64,000 nucleotides of DNA, taken from Narcine bancroftii. Taxonomy: Eukaryota. The notes under the pieces are model-generated. The model searched no databases, was not told the origin of the DNA, and saw nothing but the letters and a program-made list of their open reading frames with translations. Below, piece by piece: positions 40,901-55,900 of the stretch. The position numbers were made by a program, and so were the translations under genes. Positions within the stretch are counted from its first letter, which is position 1; each line of letters begins with the position of its first letter. The stretch covers positions 18,228,001 through 18,292,000 of the forward strand of contig NC_091482.1 in the NCBI RefSeq assembly GCF_036971445.1. Direction: 5' to 3'.

Positions 40901-43900
40901 AATTTGGATAACTACTGTAAACTAAGAACTGGTTCAAGATTAGAATTTTATACTTGAAATCAGATCATTCTTCACATGAGTTGCTCAATTTGTATACGAT
41001 AGAGCAGCTGAAGAAATAACCTTAAACCCTATTAAATATTGAATCTCCAATAGAAATGCAATAGAAAAGTCATTAAATATGACCCAATAGCTTTTTTTTG
41101 TGATTGAAGATCGCTGAAATCAGCACCCCACCTGATTGCTTCAGTCCCCGCAGCATCTTGCCTTTCTTCCTCCATTTCCTTCAGTAAACTAGCTTGACTT
41201 CTGTCTGCAGGTGTAGAAACACATCCTCCCAATCTTATTTTTTGTTTCTTCAGTGGAATTCTAAAGAATTATTTTAGAAGTCATGAATAAGGCATTAAAT
41301 GGTTCAAAAAATAATGTCAAATCTGATAATAGCAGAGGTCAAATGTAAATTTCACAATTGTACCAACAAACCAATAAAGGGATTCAAGGAAGTTTGATGG
41401 AGATTTTTGTATTTTTGCCAGGCACAAGTGAGGTACCAGGAAGACAACTCATGTGGTTACTTTGTTCAAGAAAGAAAACAGGAAACTGTTGGGGAAAATT
41501 CTAAGGTTTATATAATTCAGAAGATTCATGAAGGCAATACAGTAGAAGTCTACATGAATTTAGCAAAGGGCCCTTCACGGTTAGATGGTCCAAAACATTC
41601 AAGCACATGGGATCCAAGGTGCACTGGCTAACTGAATCCAAAATTGGCTTGGTGATAGGAGAGAGAGAGCGGTCTGATGGGAGGAGGCTTTCTTGATTGC
41701 AAGTCTGTAACTAGTGGCGGTGATCAGGGCTAGAATCACTTCTTTGTAATATACATGAACGGTAGGAAGGATGATTAGTAACTTGCAAATGATAGGAAAA
41801 ATTGTTAGTGGGGATAGCAATAAAAGTTCATCGAGTTAATTAAGACTACAGCAAGATGTAAAGTGATTGGCAGATGAAATTTTAATTTCAAGTGCGAGAT
41901 GATGCACTTTGGGAAGTCATGTAGAGACAGAACCTAGACAGCTAGACAGAAGATGGTAGATGATCGCTAAGTGATACTGATGAAAAGATAGACTTCGACG
42001 TTCAAGTTTATTGAAGCATAGCAGGTGGATGGACTGATTACAAAAAGATGCAAGGCATGCTTCATAGATCAAGGGATGGAATGTAAAAGTTGGAGTGTCA
42101 CGTTGCGACTTTACAAAACACGGATTAGTGTGCACTTAGAATATGGAGTCATTTTCGATTGCCTCATTATGGGAAGGAGATGGTGATGGTCAGAAAAGGA
42201 TAGGGGCAAGTCAACAAGGTATGGCCTGATTTGGACATCTTAAGGGGAAGAGATTGGATAGGCTTGGCTTGTTTTCCCCGGAACAAAGGAACACAAAAGG
42301 TAATCTGAAAAAGTATTTTTAAAAATCACAAGACACAGATGGGTAGGTGGCCAGAATATTTTTTCCCCATAGTAGGGGTATCAAAAACAAGGATCGATTT
42401 AGTGTGAGAGGAAGTAATTTTAAAGGAGATCCAAGGATAACTTTTTTTTAAATCCACGCAGAGGGGCTGATATTTGAAACTCATTGGTAGAGGAAGTAGT
42501 GGAACAAAATACAATCACAATGTTCAGGAGAGATCAGGCATTTGAAAAGGCAAGACAAAAGAATATGGACCTAGTGCAGACTAATGGGTTGAGTATACAT
42601 GACATAAAAGATTGTATGGATGTCGTGGGCCAAAGTGCCTGTTTCTGTGCTCTACAACGCTATGACTGAACAACAAGAAAGTTGATTTCTAACCAAATTG
42701 GAACAACTTTCTCAAAGCATTTTATAATGGTGGAGATCAGTCACTGAGGCCTGTTACTGTCATCCTCTTGGGCACTGGGATAATGGAGGCTGTTTTGGAC
42801 AGCTGCAGTGGTGTTGAAGATTTAACACAGATCTACATTAAACATGGATGAAATAGTAATATTCTGTTTTAACCATGTCACAAAATAATTTCATATTCCC
42901 CAAATAATTTCAAAAAGGACCCACATTAGGTTCAGCCAATTCCTTCTGGCAAATCAAGAGAAAATTTTAGTCATAGTTCGTCCTAAATACCCATGCATTC
43001 TACTTTTCCTTTCTTTGTCAATGTTGAAAGAATTGAACTTTTTTTTTGTTTTAAAATCGATTTGACCATGTAATTAATTAACAAGGTAAACATACAGGAA
43101 AATGAAATGGGATAGCTCAGGGGCTGCACTGATTACCAATGTTCTTGCTGGTGTAAGCAAAAGGAATAAAATGGCGAGTTTACCGTGGACTGAGAGATGA
43201 GAGTGCATCTTATATTTCCAAACTGCAGTATGGAAAAATGCTGACGCACGCATTAAAATTAGCCCCACACTCTGTTTAGAACCACCAGCTAGATGTTATC
43301 CCAACCCAATATTATGTGGTTACTTACCGTTGAGATTCCAGGTTATAACATCCTGGAATCGAAGATGGTCGGCTGCCTTTAAGTGGTCCCTGGTTCTTCT
43401 TTAGTTCTGAAGATAACGTAGCTTTCTGAAAGCAGCTGCGCGTTGCAAGTGTTTTCGTCTGTTTCTGCTGCTCAAATTCATTCCATAAATAAAAAGAAAA
43501 ATCAATGTCCTCAATCATGGACCAGATTTCTTTATGTTTTTCCATGAGATTCAATTAAATACTGCAGAAAATACCACAATAGAAATTTACCAAACTGGCA
43601 TTTAAAATTACACTTCAAGTTCTTTTTGAATGAACAGTGATTCAAGCTTAGTTGCACCTCAACTGAAGACTATATATTTGGAGGCGCGATTGTGGGTCTA
43701 AATGCAATTTGCATGCAAATGTTTGTGACGTTTATTAATGTCAGTGGACAGTGGATTTAATGCAAACAATAATTAAAAGGTTCAAACTTGCTTCAGACCA
43801 TGCCTAGTGGTATGTAACTTCCAGAATGTGCAATTCTATCCTACTGCCGATATTACCCTCACACTTTCTATGAATGCTGCATGACCTACTGAGGTTTACC

Positions 43901-46900
43901 AGCAATTTTGTGGACCACGTTTCTTGTATTGATTTTAAGCAGTTTTAGAGCTACAGTAGAAATAAAAACTTGCACCAGAATATTTTGATGTACTATTTTT
44001 AAAATTTACTTCCTGATGGAATATTGTTCAACTTTTCAGCTGTATCGTTCCCATTTTCTTGACTTAACAAGACAAATGAAAATAGATCCAAGCCACAATA
44101 TTTAAATCAGCACCAAACTAAAATGATTATTCAATTCCACTGCATTAACTATTTACTGTAAAAGTTACGTTAAAAGAAGCAAAATTCTCCAGATTAAAAT
44201 AAAACCAGAAAATTCTGGAAATATTTAGCAAAATTAAACAAGGAGGGAAGTCCATCAAGTTTATGACCTTTCAATGGATTCAGACATTAGTCAAGTTTAT
44301 TGTAATCTAAATGCAAGTACAACCTGACGGAACAGCGCTCTCCATTTCCCGGGGCGAAACACGCAGACACACCAGACATGACACACATATAGGCAAACAA
44401 TATATATTCAGGACAAGTATTCATATATACAACTAAATAAATAAATATTGTTTCATATATTTGAGTGTCTCAGATGGTTAGTGTGAGCATTCCTTTGATG
44501 GTTCATTGCTCTTGGAGCCTGGTGGTGTTGGCTCTGATATTCCTGTATCTCTTTTCCAAAGGGAGCATGAATGTGTTCAGGGCGGAAGGATCCTCAATGA
44601 TTGCCATGTGTTATATCTGTAACAATACTATGTGTCATCTGCAGACTTGATGACAATGTTGGAGCGGAATATGGCGAAGCAGTTGTGGGTCAGTAGCATG
44701 AAGAGAAGCAGCTGAGCACACAGCCCTGAGGTGCGCCACTGCTCACAGTGATGGTACTCAATATTATTCTACCAACCCGGACAGACTGTGATCTTTCCAT
44801 TAGGAAGCCCAGGATCCAATTACAGAGAGGTTGCTGAGTCCCAGCGAGGACAGCTTCTCCACCAACCTCTGGGGAATGATTAGCTTAAATGCAGAGATGA
44901 AGTCAATGAGGAGCAGCCTGGCGTATGAGGTGTTGTTCTCCAGGTGGGTCAGGATGGAGTGAAGGGACGAGGCTATACAATCGTCTGTGGAACGGTTTCT
45001 GCTATAAGGAAATTGAAATGGATCTAGCACCTCTGGGAGGTGGGCTGCGATGTGTTCCATCACCAGTCGCTCAAAGTATTTCATAATGGTGGAGATCAGT
45101 CACAGAGGCCTGTTACTGTCATCCTGTCTTGGACAGCTCCAGTGGTGTTGAAGATGTCCATGAAGACCCCCATAAATTGGTCTACTCAGTGCTTAAATTC
45201 CCATAGAACATTACAGCACAGAAACAGGCCCCTTCAGCACTTCTAGTCTGTGCCAAACCATTTTTGTTGGCCTAGTACCACTGTCCTGCACCCAGTCCAT
45301 AGCTCTACCTCTCCCATCCATGTACCTGTCCAAATTCTTCTTAAATGCTAAAATTGAGCTTGTATTCACCACCTCAGCTGGCAGCTCATTCCACATTGCC
45401 ACAGCTGTGTGAAACAGTTTCCTCTCATGTTCCCCCTTAACTTTTCCCCTTTCACTCTAAACCCGTGAACTCTGGTGTGTATCTCATCTATCTTCAGAGT
45501 GGAAAAAGTCTATCTACATTCACTCTGTCTAACCCCCTAATTTTAAATACCTCTATCAAATCTCCCCTCATTCTTGTACACTCCAGGGAATGAACTCCTA
45601 ACCAAGGTTCTCTAGGTCTGCTCACCTTGCCTTTTATCCGGATAGCAACATGCAAACTCTGTACTCTCAAAATTTCACCTTTGAAGGTCTTCCACTTACC
45701 GCACACATCCTTGTCTGAAATCAACTTACCCCCAATCCATGTATTCTAGATCCTTTCTCGTTTCCTTAAAATTTAGAACTCAACCCAAGCCCCAGACTGA
45801 TCCTTCCCCATAATTAACTAGAAACCAGGAATGTTGTCCCACCACCTAGGATATGATTTTCCTCACCTCGGCCATGACTAGAGACTCAGAGTTCAAAGTG
45901 CCATCTTGATTTCATCCTTGCTGTATCGTATGCTGACTTATACCAATTATAAGACCTCATATATGTGATTAAATAAAAGGTAATGTTAAAATAATAATAA
46001 AGTTGAAGCAATAAAACAAAAATGGGGAGCAGAACAGATGGTCCATTGGTTGTGGATCTTAATTGAAGGAGCTTCATTCCAAAGATATCTGCATCATTTT
46101 TTTTTAATGATGCAACACGAGGAAAAGGGAGTAAAAATTTCAGTCTTAAATCATCAGTGTGTTTTACATCAACCACAGAAGAAGCAACAAGTCGTCCATA
46201 CAGTAAAATTATTGGCCGATCGTTACCAGCAACTTACATGTGGCAACAACACTCCTTTCTTAGTTGCTATTTTCTCGACAGCAGATTTTTTCATGGCTTC
46301 AACATGTTGTAAGCCATCTAATCGAGCCTTCCTATCAGGAATTGGAGGGTCCTGCTCTAGCTGTTGCTCCAAAAGGGGCGGCGGCCACTCTCCACTGCAT
46401 TTCTGTGGTCCAGAAGATTCAGGAACATGCCATTTTTCAACTGTACAAAACATTTTTTTTTAATGTTTTACTGAACAGTGCAAAAACACAATAAGTTTGT
46501 TTTTGTTGTTTTTCAGGCAAATTAGTAACACAGTACAATCCGATTATCCAAAATAGTCTGGATTGGGCCTATGTTTGGATAAACTGTTTCATCGGATAAC
46601 TGGTCATTTTTTAAAAACAGCTCAGTGACAACAGCAAATCACTTCTATCAATGTTTAAACAACAAACAACTTCTTAAGCGCTAAAATTCTCACCAAAAAA
46701 ATATTGGCCGCAACATCGCTGCTGATCACCAAGACTTCCCAACCCCCACCGTCAATCCCCGTCACGTCCCACTGCTGCCGCTGATCCCCAGTAAGGCTTA
46801 CCGGGCCAGTGGAACACTCACTGGCGAGTCGTCGGAGCTCCCGACACCAGACTCCGAATCCTTCCCTAGGCCTTGGGGAGTCCAGTGTATGCACGGTAGT

Positions 46901-49900
46901 AGGCCAAGAGGAGGGAGTCAGCGTCAGGAGCTCTGCTGTGCCGAGGAGGGAGGGAGAGAATGGGATAGGAGGGAAGAGGAGGGGAGGGAATGCCACTGAG
47001 TCCGAGGTCCTGCTCCTGCCTGGGAGGCCGCTCTCCTTGATGACGCTGGGACAAGCGATTCTTTCAACTGCTTGCAGCTGGGAGACAGTGGCACACAGTT
47101 TGAGAGGGAGAGTTGGATAGAAAAGTCAATGGGGAAGGTAAAGAAGAAATTACATGAAATGAGAACAATCGTTCTCATGTAGAGTGAATTTTTTTTTCCC
47201 CCCAATCTTTGAGGGCAATTCGGCTCCAAAAGTTTTTTTGGATAGATGAGGATTTAGGAGAATCCAATTTTGGATAATCGGAGTTGTACTGTATTTAATG
47301 GATATGAAAGTTGTAATTTTTTTCTGTTCTTTCCAACCAAAATATACACATTAAAAACATTTAATATTAGTTTCAAAGCAAATGCAAATATTATTTAACA
47401 TTCAGGAAAAGTTGTTATGACAAACAAATCCAAAATTCTCACATTTGCCTCATATGCAAGGTAAAAACTCCAAAAAGGTTTATTTATATCTTTGCTTTCA
47501 AAATTACAATTGCAATGAGTTAATCAAATGCAATGTTCCAATAAGGACGAGGAGGATCCCTTAAAAACACTGTTCAGATTAGAAATACCTAAAAATATAA
47601 AAATAATTGCATTTGGAGTGTTTTATATACTTCGAGAAAATACTGTTTGAGAATTGCAAGACTTCTCATAAAATACAAAGAAAGCCCAAATAACTGAAAG
47701 GCAAGATTGACAAACAACCTCCAAGTTCTGGAGAGATGGAGCAAACATCATGATTGACCAAGTTCAGTACAAGATCAGATATATCACATATCCAATGTCC
47801 ATTTTAACAAAGCTAAACTGAAAAACAACCGAGGAACCCAAGAATAGTCAGAGGGAAACAAAATAAAAGTTTGTGGTTGCGGTTGTGATAAATCAGATAA
47901 AAATTCAATCAACATTTTTAAAAAATTGAAAAAGTATCACAAGTCAGTGAAACCAAGAATTGTATTACTTACCAATTTTATGTGGAAACAATCCTTCAGG
48001 TGCACACAAAACATTATCTTTTCTGTTGTGAGATGTTCGCTCTCTTTCAGCAGAATTGCTTCTGTGTCTACACGAGGATTTTTTTCTATTTGGTGCAGGA
48101 ACACTTTGGGCTTTCTGCAGCATTTGACTTGATTTATTTTGAGCATGTTGTTTTTCAAGTCGTGAATCAAAATCCTAAGTTCACAAAGTAAAATGTCTTT
48201 GGTCTGCATGGCAAGATATCGCACTGTTGTAATTAGTAAATGGTTTACTGATACAGGTTGATGGATAGGGCTGGCATTACTAAAGGGTACCCTTTTGAAA
48301 TGCAATTAGCAATAATATTTGGAAAATAATTATGTTTTCAACTGAAAAAAGGTTTACAGATTGAATAGAATTTTGATCAACTATGCCAGACATGGTAAAT
48401 AAACTGCACATCTACACAGTGTTCCAAAGAATTTGTACTTGGAATGGATGACAAGAGAAAAAATTTGGAATATTTTGATTAGAGATACATGATTAGAGAC
48501 ACAAGTTGTGGGGAATGGCAGTCATTCAGATATTGCATGGATTGAATTCTACTTTGAGATTGTGAAATTGTTTAGAATTGAATAATTGAAGTACTCCTTT
48601 TCTCATCTCACCCCAAGGTTAGCAAATAACGTGGCCAAGAATGGTTGAACGACAGAAGGAATGCAAGAGAGGAAGATGGAGTTAGGCGTGACAAAAGAAT
48701 GCAAGGCCTTTGACAAGGGGGCACACACAAGAGGCTGGTCCAAAAGAATCAAATGAACTAATTGGGATTCAGGTCAATTTGGCAAGTTTCAACTGAAATT
48801 AATATGATAGGAAGATGACATGGGTTGTTTTAATAACCATCAGCGTTGTGATCCTAGATATTTGTAATGTACATTTGATGTGAATTTAGGAGGAATATTT
48901 ACCAAGTTCACAGAAGACTCAAAGACTAATGGCATGATAATGAAAAGCATAGAAAATTATTGGCTAGTTAGCAAGATGGGCGGAGAAATGATGGATGGAA
49001 TTTAGACCTGACAATTGTGCCGATGATATTTGAAAGGGAGAATCAAGATAGGTTTTGTGGAATAAGAAAATATCTTGTTTTCCTTGAAGAGAAGGTTGAG
49101 GGAGATCTGACTGAGGTATACAAAATTATGAAGGTATATGGCAAAAAATATGCTTCCCCTAGCAGACATGTTTAAAACTTGATGACATTGGTTCAAGTTG
49201 AGGGGTAGGATATTTAAAGAGGACACATAACTTTTTTTCTTTCCCAGAGCCTAGATGAAATCTGGAATCCACTGCTTAAGTTGGTGGTGCAGGCAAGAAA
49301 CCGCAAGCATCTTAGTATTTAAATAAGCAATTGAAAGACCTGGCTCGAGGCCAAATGCTGGAAGATAGGATTAACAAAAATAGATTGATGTGAAACACTT
49401 CAGTCTGCAGATATTGTGTTTGTAGTAAAAAGCACAAAAAAATGCTGGAGGAACACAGCAAGTCACCAGTGTGGCTTAGGCTTGAAACAATGGTTATATA
49501 TCTTTACCTTCTGTGTGACCTGTTGAGTTCCTCCAGCAGTTTTGTGTTTTTATTTTAAAAGAAATAGGCACTTAATCACTGGTAGAATGAAGGGCCTATT
49601 AATTTGCTGTACAAGTCTGTGAAAAGTAATTGATCGTTGGATTTATAGCTTGGATATTTCATGAGTCAGTAAATACCAAAATCCCAACACTACATTGGGA
49701 CTTCCAATTTCAAGCTTCACTTTAGAGCTTCAATAACGTTAACAATATTAGACTTACCTCAACTTGATGCAGGATATCAATAATTGTCTCTGGCATCGAA
49801 GAATCTGCATCATTTTCTACTTTGGCAGAACAAAGAGAAAGCTGTCGAATCAACTGTCCCAGCAACTTGTAGTGAGCAGGAATCTGCAGTTCTGATTGCC

Positions 49901-52900
49901 CAGAAAGTTGACCAACAAACATTTGTAAGGCACGAACAGCACCTCTGTGTGCAGCAGCTAATTGAGACATGGCTCGAGACTGAAACACAGACAAAACTCC
50001 AAGAATATAACATTTCTACAATGGATGAAATCACTGATGCTTTAAAAAAAAACAGAAAAGTTTAACAGTAGTATGGTCACTACAATAAAAATTAAAATAC
50101 AGTGTGCTACATTTTCACATCTAAAAGTTAGGATATCTAATTTTGTCTGACTTTAGCCAGTCTTTCACCTTGCAGAGAGATTTAATTTTTTTTGCATGGT
50201 AATAGTTGAAAATGGTGCATGGAGGAAAGTTATCTGAATGTCAGGTGAATAATAAATGCAATTTCATATCTCCTGCAATTGTAAAATTAACATAACAAAT
50301 GAGAAAGAAGGGCAAAATAGAAAAGGTGATTTCAATATCAAATCAAGCTAAGTGGGAGCAAAGAAAATAGATCATTCGCTTTTTTACTTCATAAGGAAAA
50401 TTAAAATATATTATCCAATCAACAATTATCACCTCAAAGTACAATACTCTCTTTCCTGATAGACATTAATAATTATCAAGTCAATGAAACAGTACATCAG
50501 TTGATATTAAGAAAAGTTGACAGTGTGCCAAGCTTAGAGTGCAACTTCAGTGATTTATATGAAACAATGTCACAGTGAAGCCAACAGCAAAATTATCATT
50601 TTTGCTCAGCTAAAAGTGGTGCAGAAATGGGATAGTAATTTTGGTTATTTAAATTCTGCCAGCCAGAAGTTACAGTTTTCAGAGTGCATAACTAAACACC
50701 AGTAATCACATGGTTACTACAAGAAACAAATCAGTGCCAATACGTCCACATGAACTTGTTTTCATTGAAGTTTTATTATAAAGGTTAATTCTGCCCTTGA
50801 AAGAAATGAAGATGCTCCACTTTTCTGTTAAGAACCAGAAAATACATATTATTTTAAATACTAAAAATAAACCTACTACCATAATAACTAAAATTTAAAT
50901 ATTTAAATTACTGACCTTTTTGGTGTGTTTCACCTTCTGGGGGCTTTGGTTTTCTATCGCTTCCCGTATTTCATTTACCTTAATTAAACCAAAAAAAAAG
51001 CAAGTCAACTGCGTGGGCTGGCATAGTGATTAGCGCAATGTCTTCACAGGGCCAGCAATCGAGACTGAAACAGCTCAGTCAACGTGATTTTGGTGGGGGG
51101 GCGGGGTTTGACTCAAACACCCAATACATGATAAAAACCATGAAAATGAGGCTGAAAACGGGGACCCAACTTCCCTGAGCGATTAATATGCTGAAATATA
51201 CAGTAATTAATTGCATCTCAACAATGTATTGCCTAAACAATTCTGAAATATATATATTTCTTTACCCTGAATATAAACAGTGCTATATTCAGTATTTAAC
51301 TCCAGTTCACCTCTGACAAATTCAAATTTCCAATAAAGCTTCAAGTTTAAATTCTTTAAACTAGGAAATGCAAAGATTTGGTCTTAAGCAACAATATAGC
51401 GTTTTACTACATGTGGAACCAAAAAAAATTTGTAGAAGTGAATGGGTAATTTAATTCAGAAAATTATTTAATATAAAATGAGATGCAATATACATTAACA
51501 AGAAATAAATCCTGATTAATTCATTCATGGAAATACACCTCCAACAATAGGGGTTTTATGAATAACATTCAATATCCACAAACAGAAAATGCTAGAAATA
51601 TCAGAAGGTCAGATACAATCTATGAAGAGACTAAAAGTTTTGGTTTCAGATTCTTGACTTTTCCGCATTTGTAATTTGAATTTTTTTTTTTTTAAAAAAC
51701 AGATTTCGAGCAACTGCAGTTTTCTGCACATCAAGGTCACACAGCTTTACCTCTTCACATTGCCTCTGCACAGATCAGCTGCAATTAAGAAGTGTTCAAC
51801 TAACTCATCGTAACTGGCAGCTACACCAGTAAAATAAACCACAGATGCTAGAAATCGAAAATAAAAATAGGATAGAAACACTCAGGTGGTCATGCAACAG
51901 TTGTGGAAAAAGATGCAAGTGCCAGTTCAGGTTTGGGGGCCTTGGTCAGAATTTGGAAAGAGAAAAGTGAGTTCCAGCTCTCAAGGGTTCCCAACCTAAC
52001 TGTTTTTGTTTCCCTTTCCACATCTATTGCCTTGGCTTCTTGACTGCTTCCAGTTTTTCGATTACTATGGGCCAATACCATTTTTAAATCATTGGGTCCC
52101 TTGGTATCCATCCTTTCACCTCTCCTCTTTTTCTGCAACTTGAAACAGGTTTGATTTCTAACTTCGGATTCTTCCTCTAAAAAGGTAATCAACCTAAATA
52201 TTAAGTGCTTCATTATCCACAAAGGCTGAAACTTCCAGTAATTTCAGTTTTCCCAACAGTAACAGTTTTTTTTTTGCTTTTCAATACAAGGCATAAATTG
52301 GAATGAGTTTCTTTTGAGCTCATAATTCCATATCCCCTAGCCAACTCCTTAATGAAATCATCATCCGGTTAGTTTCAATTAAGGGTTAAGAAGCCATTAT
52401 GATTGCAAGTCCTCATCAGACTGAACAAATAACAGACAGTGGCCAACCAGCAAGTCCAAAGTGCCTCTTTGCTTTAGCAAATTTTCAACATTTGTGTCAG
52501 TAGGATATAATTCAAAAAAAAGCTGACAATTAACTTTTTTTGTGAAAACTTAAATTGGTTCTCACTTGTTGCTGCAGAACATACAACATCCTTGCTGCAC
52601 GAGTAGCCTGCTCTTGTCTTTTTATTTGCAATCTGTGCTCTTCATCAGGATCCAGGACATCCACAAATTTGTCTAAAAATCAAAAAAACAGACTTAATGA
52701 AAGATACATTACCGTGCAAAATTATTCTGCACGGAATCGCATGTTGGAGTGAAGCACAAAGGTCTGCAGATGCTATGACTGCCAGTAAAAACACAGAAAT
52801 GCTGGAGGATCTCAGCAGGACTCACAGAGTCCATGGGAGGTAAAGATATATAATTGGCATTTCAGACCTTGCCACTTCTTGAAGGTAAAAAGCAGACAGG

Positions 52901-55900
52901 AACCTAAATTAAAAGGCTGAGAAGGAAAGAAAGAGCAAGGGGAAGAGCACAGACTAACAGACAAAGGGTGAGAATTAGATAGAGAAAGGACCACAGGAAA
53001 GGGAAAGTGAGAATTGATCAGGGGAGTGGGTGGCTCTGTGAATGCAGCTCTGGAGGAAGGAGAAAGGAAAAAGGAGAGAGAGAAAAACAGACATGGAGGA
53101 AAGAAGAAATGGGGTGGGGGCGGGCGAAAGGAAACCAGAGAGGTCGATGTCAATTCCACAATAAAATCACTAATAATCCCTTTGGCACCTCCCTCTGAAA
53201 CCACAGGAAGTGCGACACACACCCACACCTCCTTCTTCACCACTGTTTAGGGCCCCAAGCTGTCCTTCCTAGTAAAGTAGCACCTCACTTATGAATCTGC
53301 AGGGATCATCTACTGCATTTAGCACTCCCATTGTGGTCTTGTCTACTTCACAAAACACTGGATGCAGACTTGGAGATCGCTTTGCTTAGCTCCTCAGCTC
53401 TGTCCGCCGATATTCCGGAGATTTCTCAGTGACAACCCATTTCAATTCCCTACCCTATTCCCATGCCGGTCCATGGTCTCATACCCTATCAGAATGTGAC
53501 CACCCACAAATTGGAGGAATAATACCTCATATTCCGTTTCTGTTACCCTCCTCTCTCCCTCCCCCCCATTTTCCCGATTTCGCCTTTCCTCTCAGTCTTT
53601 TTCCTTTTCCGTCTCCTTACTTCAAGCTCTGCATTCACAGGGACAATCCCTTCCCCAATTAACTCTCACTTTTCCTCTCTCCTGTCCTATCCATGTCCAA
53701 TTATCACCCTGTCTGTTACTGTGCTCTCCATCCCTTTCCTTCTCCAGTCTTTTCATTTAAAAAAACTAATTAAATTAGTTTTTTGACTCACATCTTGAAG
53801 AAGGCCTCAGGTCCAAAGTGTTGGATAAACATATTTACCTCCTATGGATGCTGTGAGGTCAGCTGAGTCCTCCAGCATTTCTGCGCACACTAGCTGATGA
53901 TACTCAGCTCCTTTGAAGCAACTGAAACCTTAGTAAGCGGTTTTTACCCAGTGCCATACGTGAACTGAACACTGCCAAACATTGAATGTTTTATTGTGCT
54001 ATTGTTTTTATATCTTATTTATTTAATGTATGTGTCCACTGTCAGGATATGTACTCAATTTTGTTCTACATGTGCAATGACAATAAAAGGTTATCTTATT
54101 TGGATTAATCATTTGCATGCTGCCAACACAAACCTAAATGAATTTTCATCATACCACAATTTGGATAAGGTGAAAGAAAATGTTTTAATAACATATTGAT
54201 TGTTTCCAAAACAGGCAATTTTTTTTTACTTCCAAATTTGGCTTGGAATAAATTAATTGATAGTCAATAATGTCATTAACGTCTTTCAATTATCGAGATC
54301 TACATGGTTCTTGGATTTCTTTCATCAAGCAATTCCCATACCCGTGCTGCTCAGTTTGATTTAGTGGTCAACAACAATCTTTGTTGAACATCATCACATA
54401 CTATTTTGATACTAAAAGGGTTAATTAATTTATTCAGTATTAAGATTAATGACCAAGGTCAATAATTATATAATTTAAATTAAGATAAAATCAATTCAGC
54501 AAGTCACATTTAGGCATTATTCATTCTTGTGACTAAATAATCAGTCACACTTCCCTGATGAGCTGTTAGGAAGAACAAGTTAAGGAATAATAATATTCCT
54601 TGCAAAGTCAAACACAGATTTACTCCCTTCTTACATTAATTTGCTTGTTTTATGTTGCTAATTCTCAAATGAATTTGTGATTCTGATTTGGAAATCGTAT
54701 ACCACCTGTTGTACAGATGACTCCCTCTGTCACAGGAATGATGGCATCTCAAGATTTCCTTGAGTGATTTTTGAATTCTGCAAAGGGTAAATTTTTATTA
54801 CATAAGTGGCTGTAAAAGGGATGGGGGCACCATTATCACGAAAAATTGTCTTTTTCAAGCATTCAAGTCCACAATTTCAAATTTGACATGTACCAGTAAA
54901 TTAGAGACAAATCGACAAAAGTTTGACACCACTTGTCATATTTTTTCTAAGATGTACTTTAAAATATATATGATTTCCGTATTTCATTTTAAATAAGTCA
55001 TACCCTTTTTGGCAAGTTCTTCAATTTTCTGAAAGTACTTGCTGAGCTCCTTTCTCAGCCTACGAATCTCCTCTGTGCTTTTATTGCTTGGGATATTCCG
55101 ATTCAGGTGTGGGCCTGGGTCACGTGTTGGAGGTGAATCAGGGAGTTCGGGTCTCAATTGGCTTTGGTCAGAGGTGCAAATATATACCCTGGCACCAGAC
55201 CTTGCAAATTCCTCTTTTGTTGTCTGGTTCCTCTGGTGCCTTGGCTTTGTTACAGTTTCCATTTCAGCCTTATTTGTAGCGTGTGGAGTATTGTTAGCAG
55301 ATTTCTTTTTGCCATGATTAGTACGTAATGAAGTCTGTATCTTATCTTTCTTGTGTTTATACAAATAATCATTCACTTGTTCTTCTAGATGCTTTTTCCT
55401 CAGATCTCTCTTTGCCAGTTGAACAGCCATATTTAGTCTGTCTTCAGAAACAACAGAAAATCGAAGAGAACTACACAAACTCTGAGCATCATCTTGCACT
55501 TGCTTTTCATGTGGTTGTTGTAGTTTCTCGATTATAATTGGGCGAGGATTTGTGAATTTCACAGCCAGGTTAGATACAGCATTTATTACATCTTTATTGA
55601 ATTTTAACTGGAAAAAAAGACAAAGTTAGAAACATTTGAGAACATTTCATTTGCCTTTTGATGAACTGAATAATTAAGGCCTTATACCCCCTATCATCCA
55701 ACAATACTCTACAGTAACTGGGATCCAACGATTGCTTTCAAAACGATTTTATAAACACCCAAGACATTGTGGATAACTCAATACTCAGTTCTTTCTTTAA
55801 ATACAAGGAAGGAGTTCAATTACTTCTTATAATATACGTCACATATGTAACTTTTAATATTAAAAATTGTTTCACTACTGCTACAAGCCTAGTTATCTGT

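Noticed and set aside
47937-48305. Listed 122-aa ORF as the KIAA0753 exon frame
   Set aside because: Splice phases require a different frame (DFDSRLEK...) within 47973-48174.
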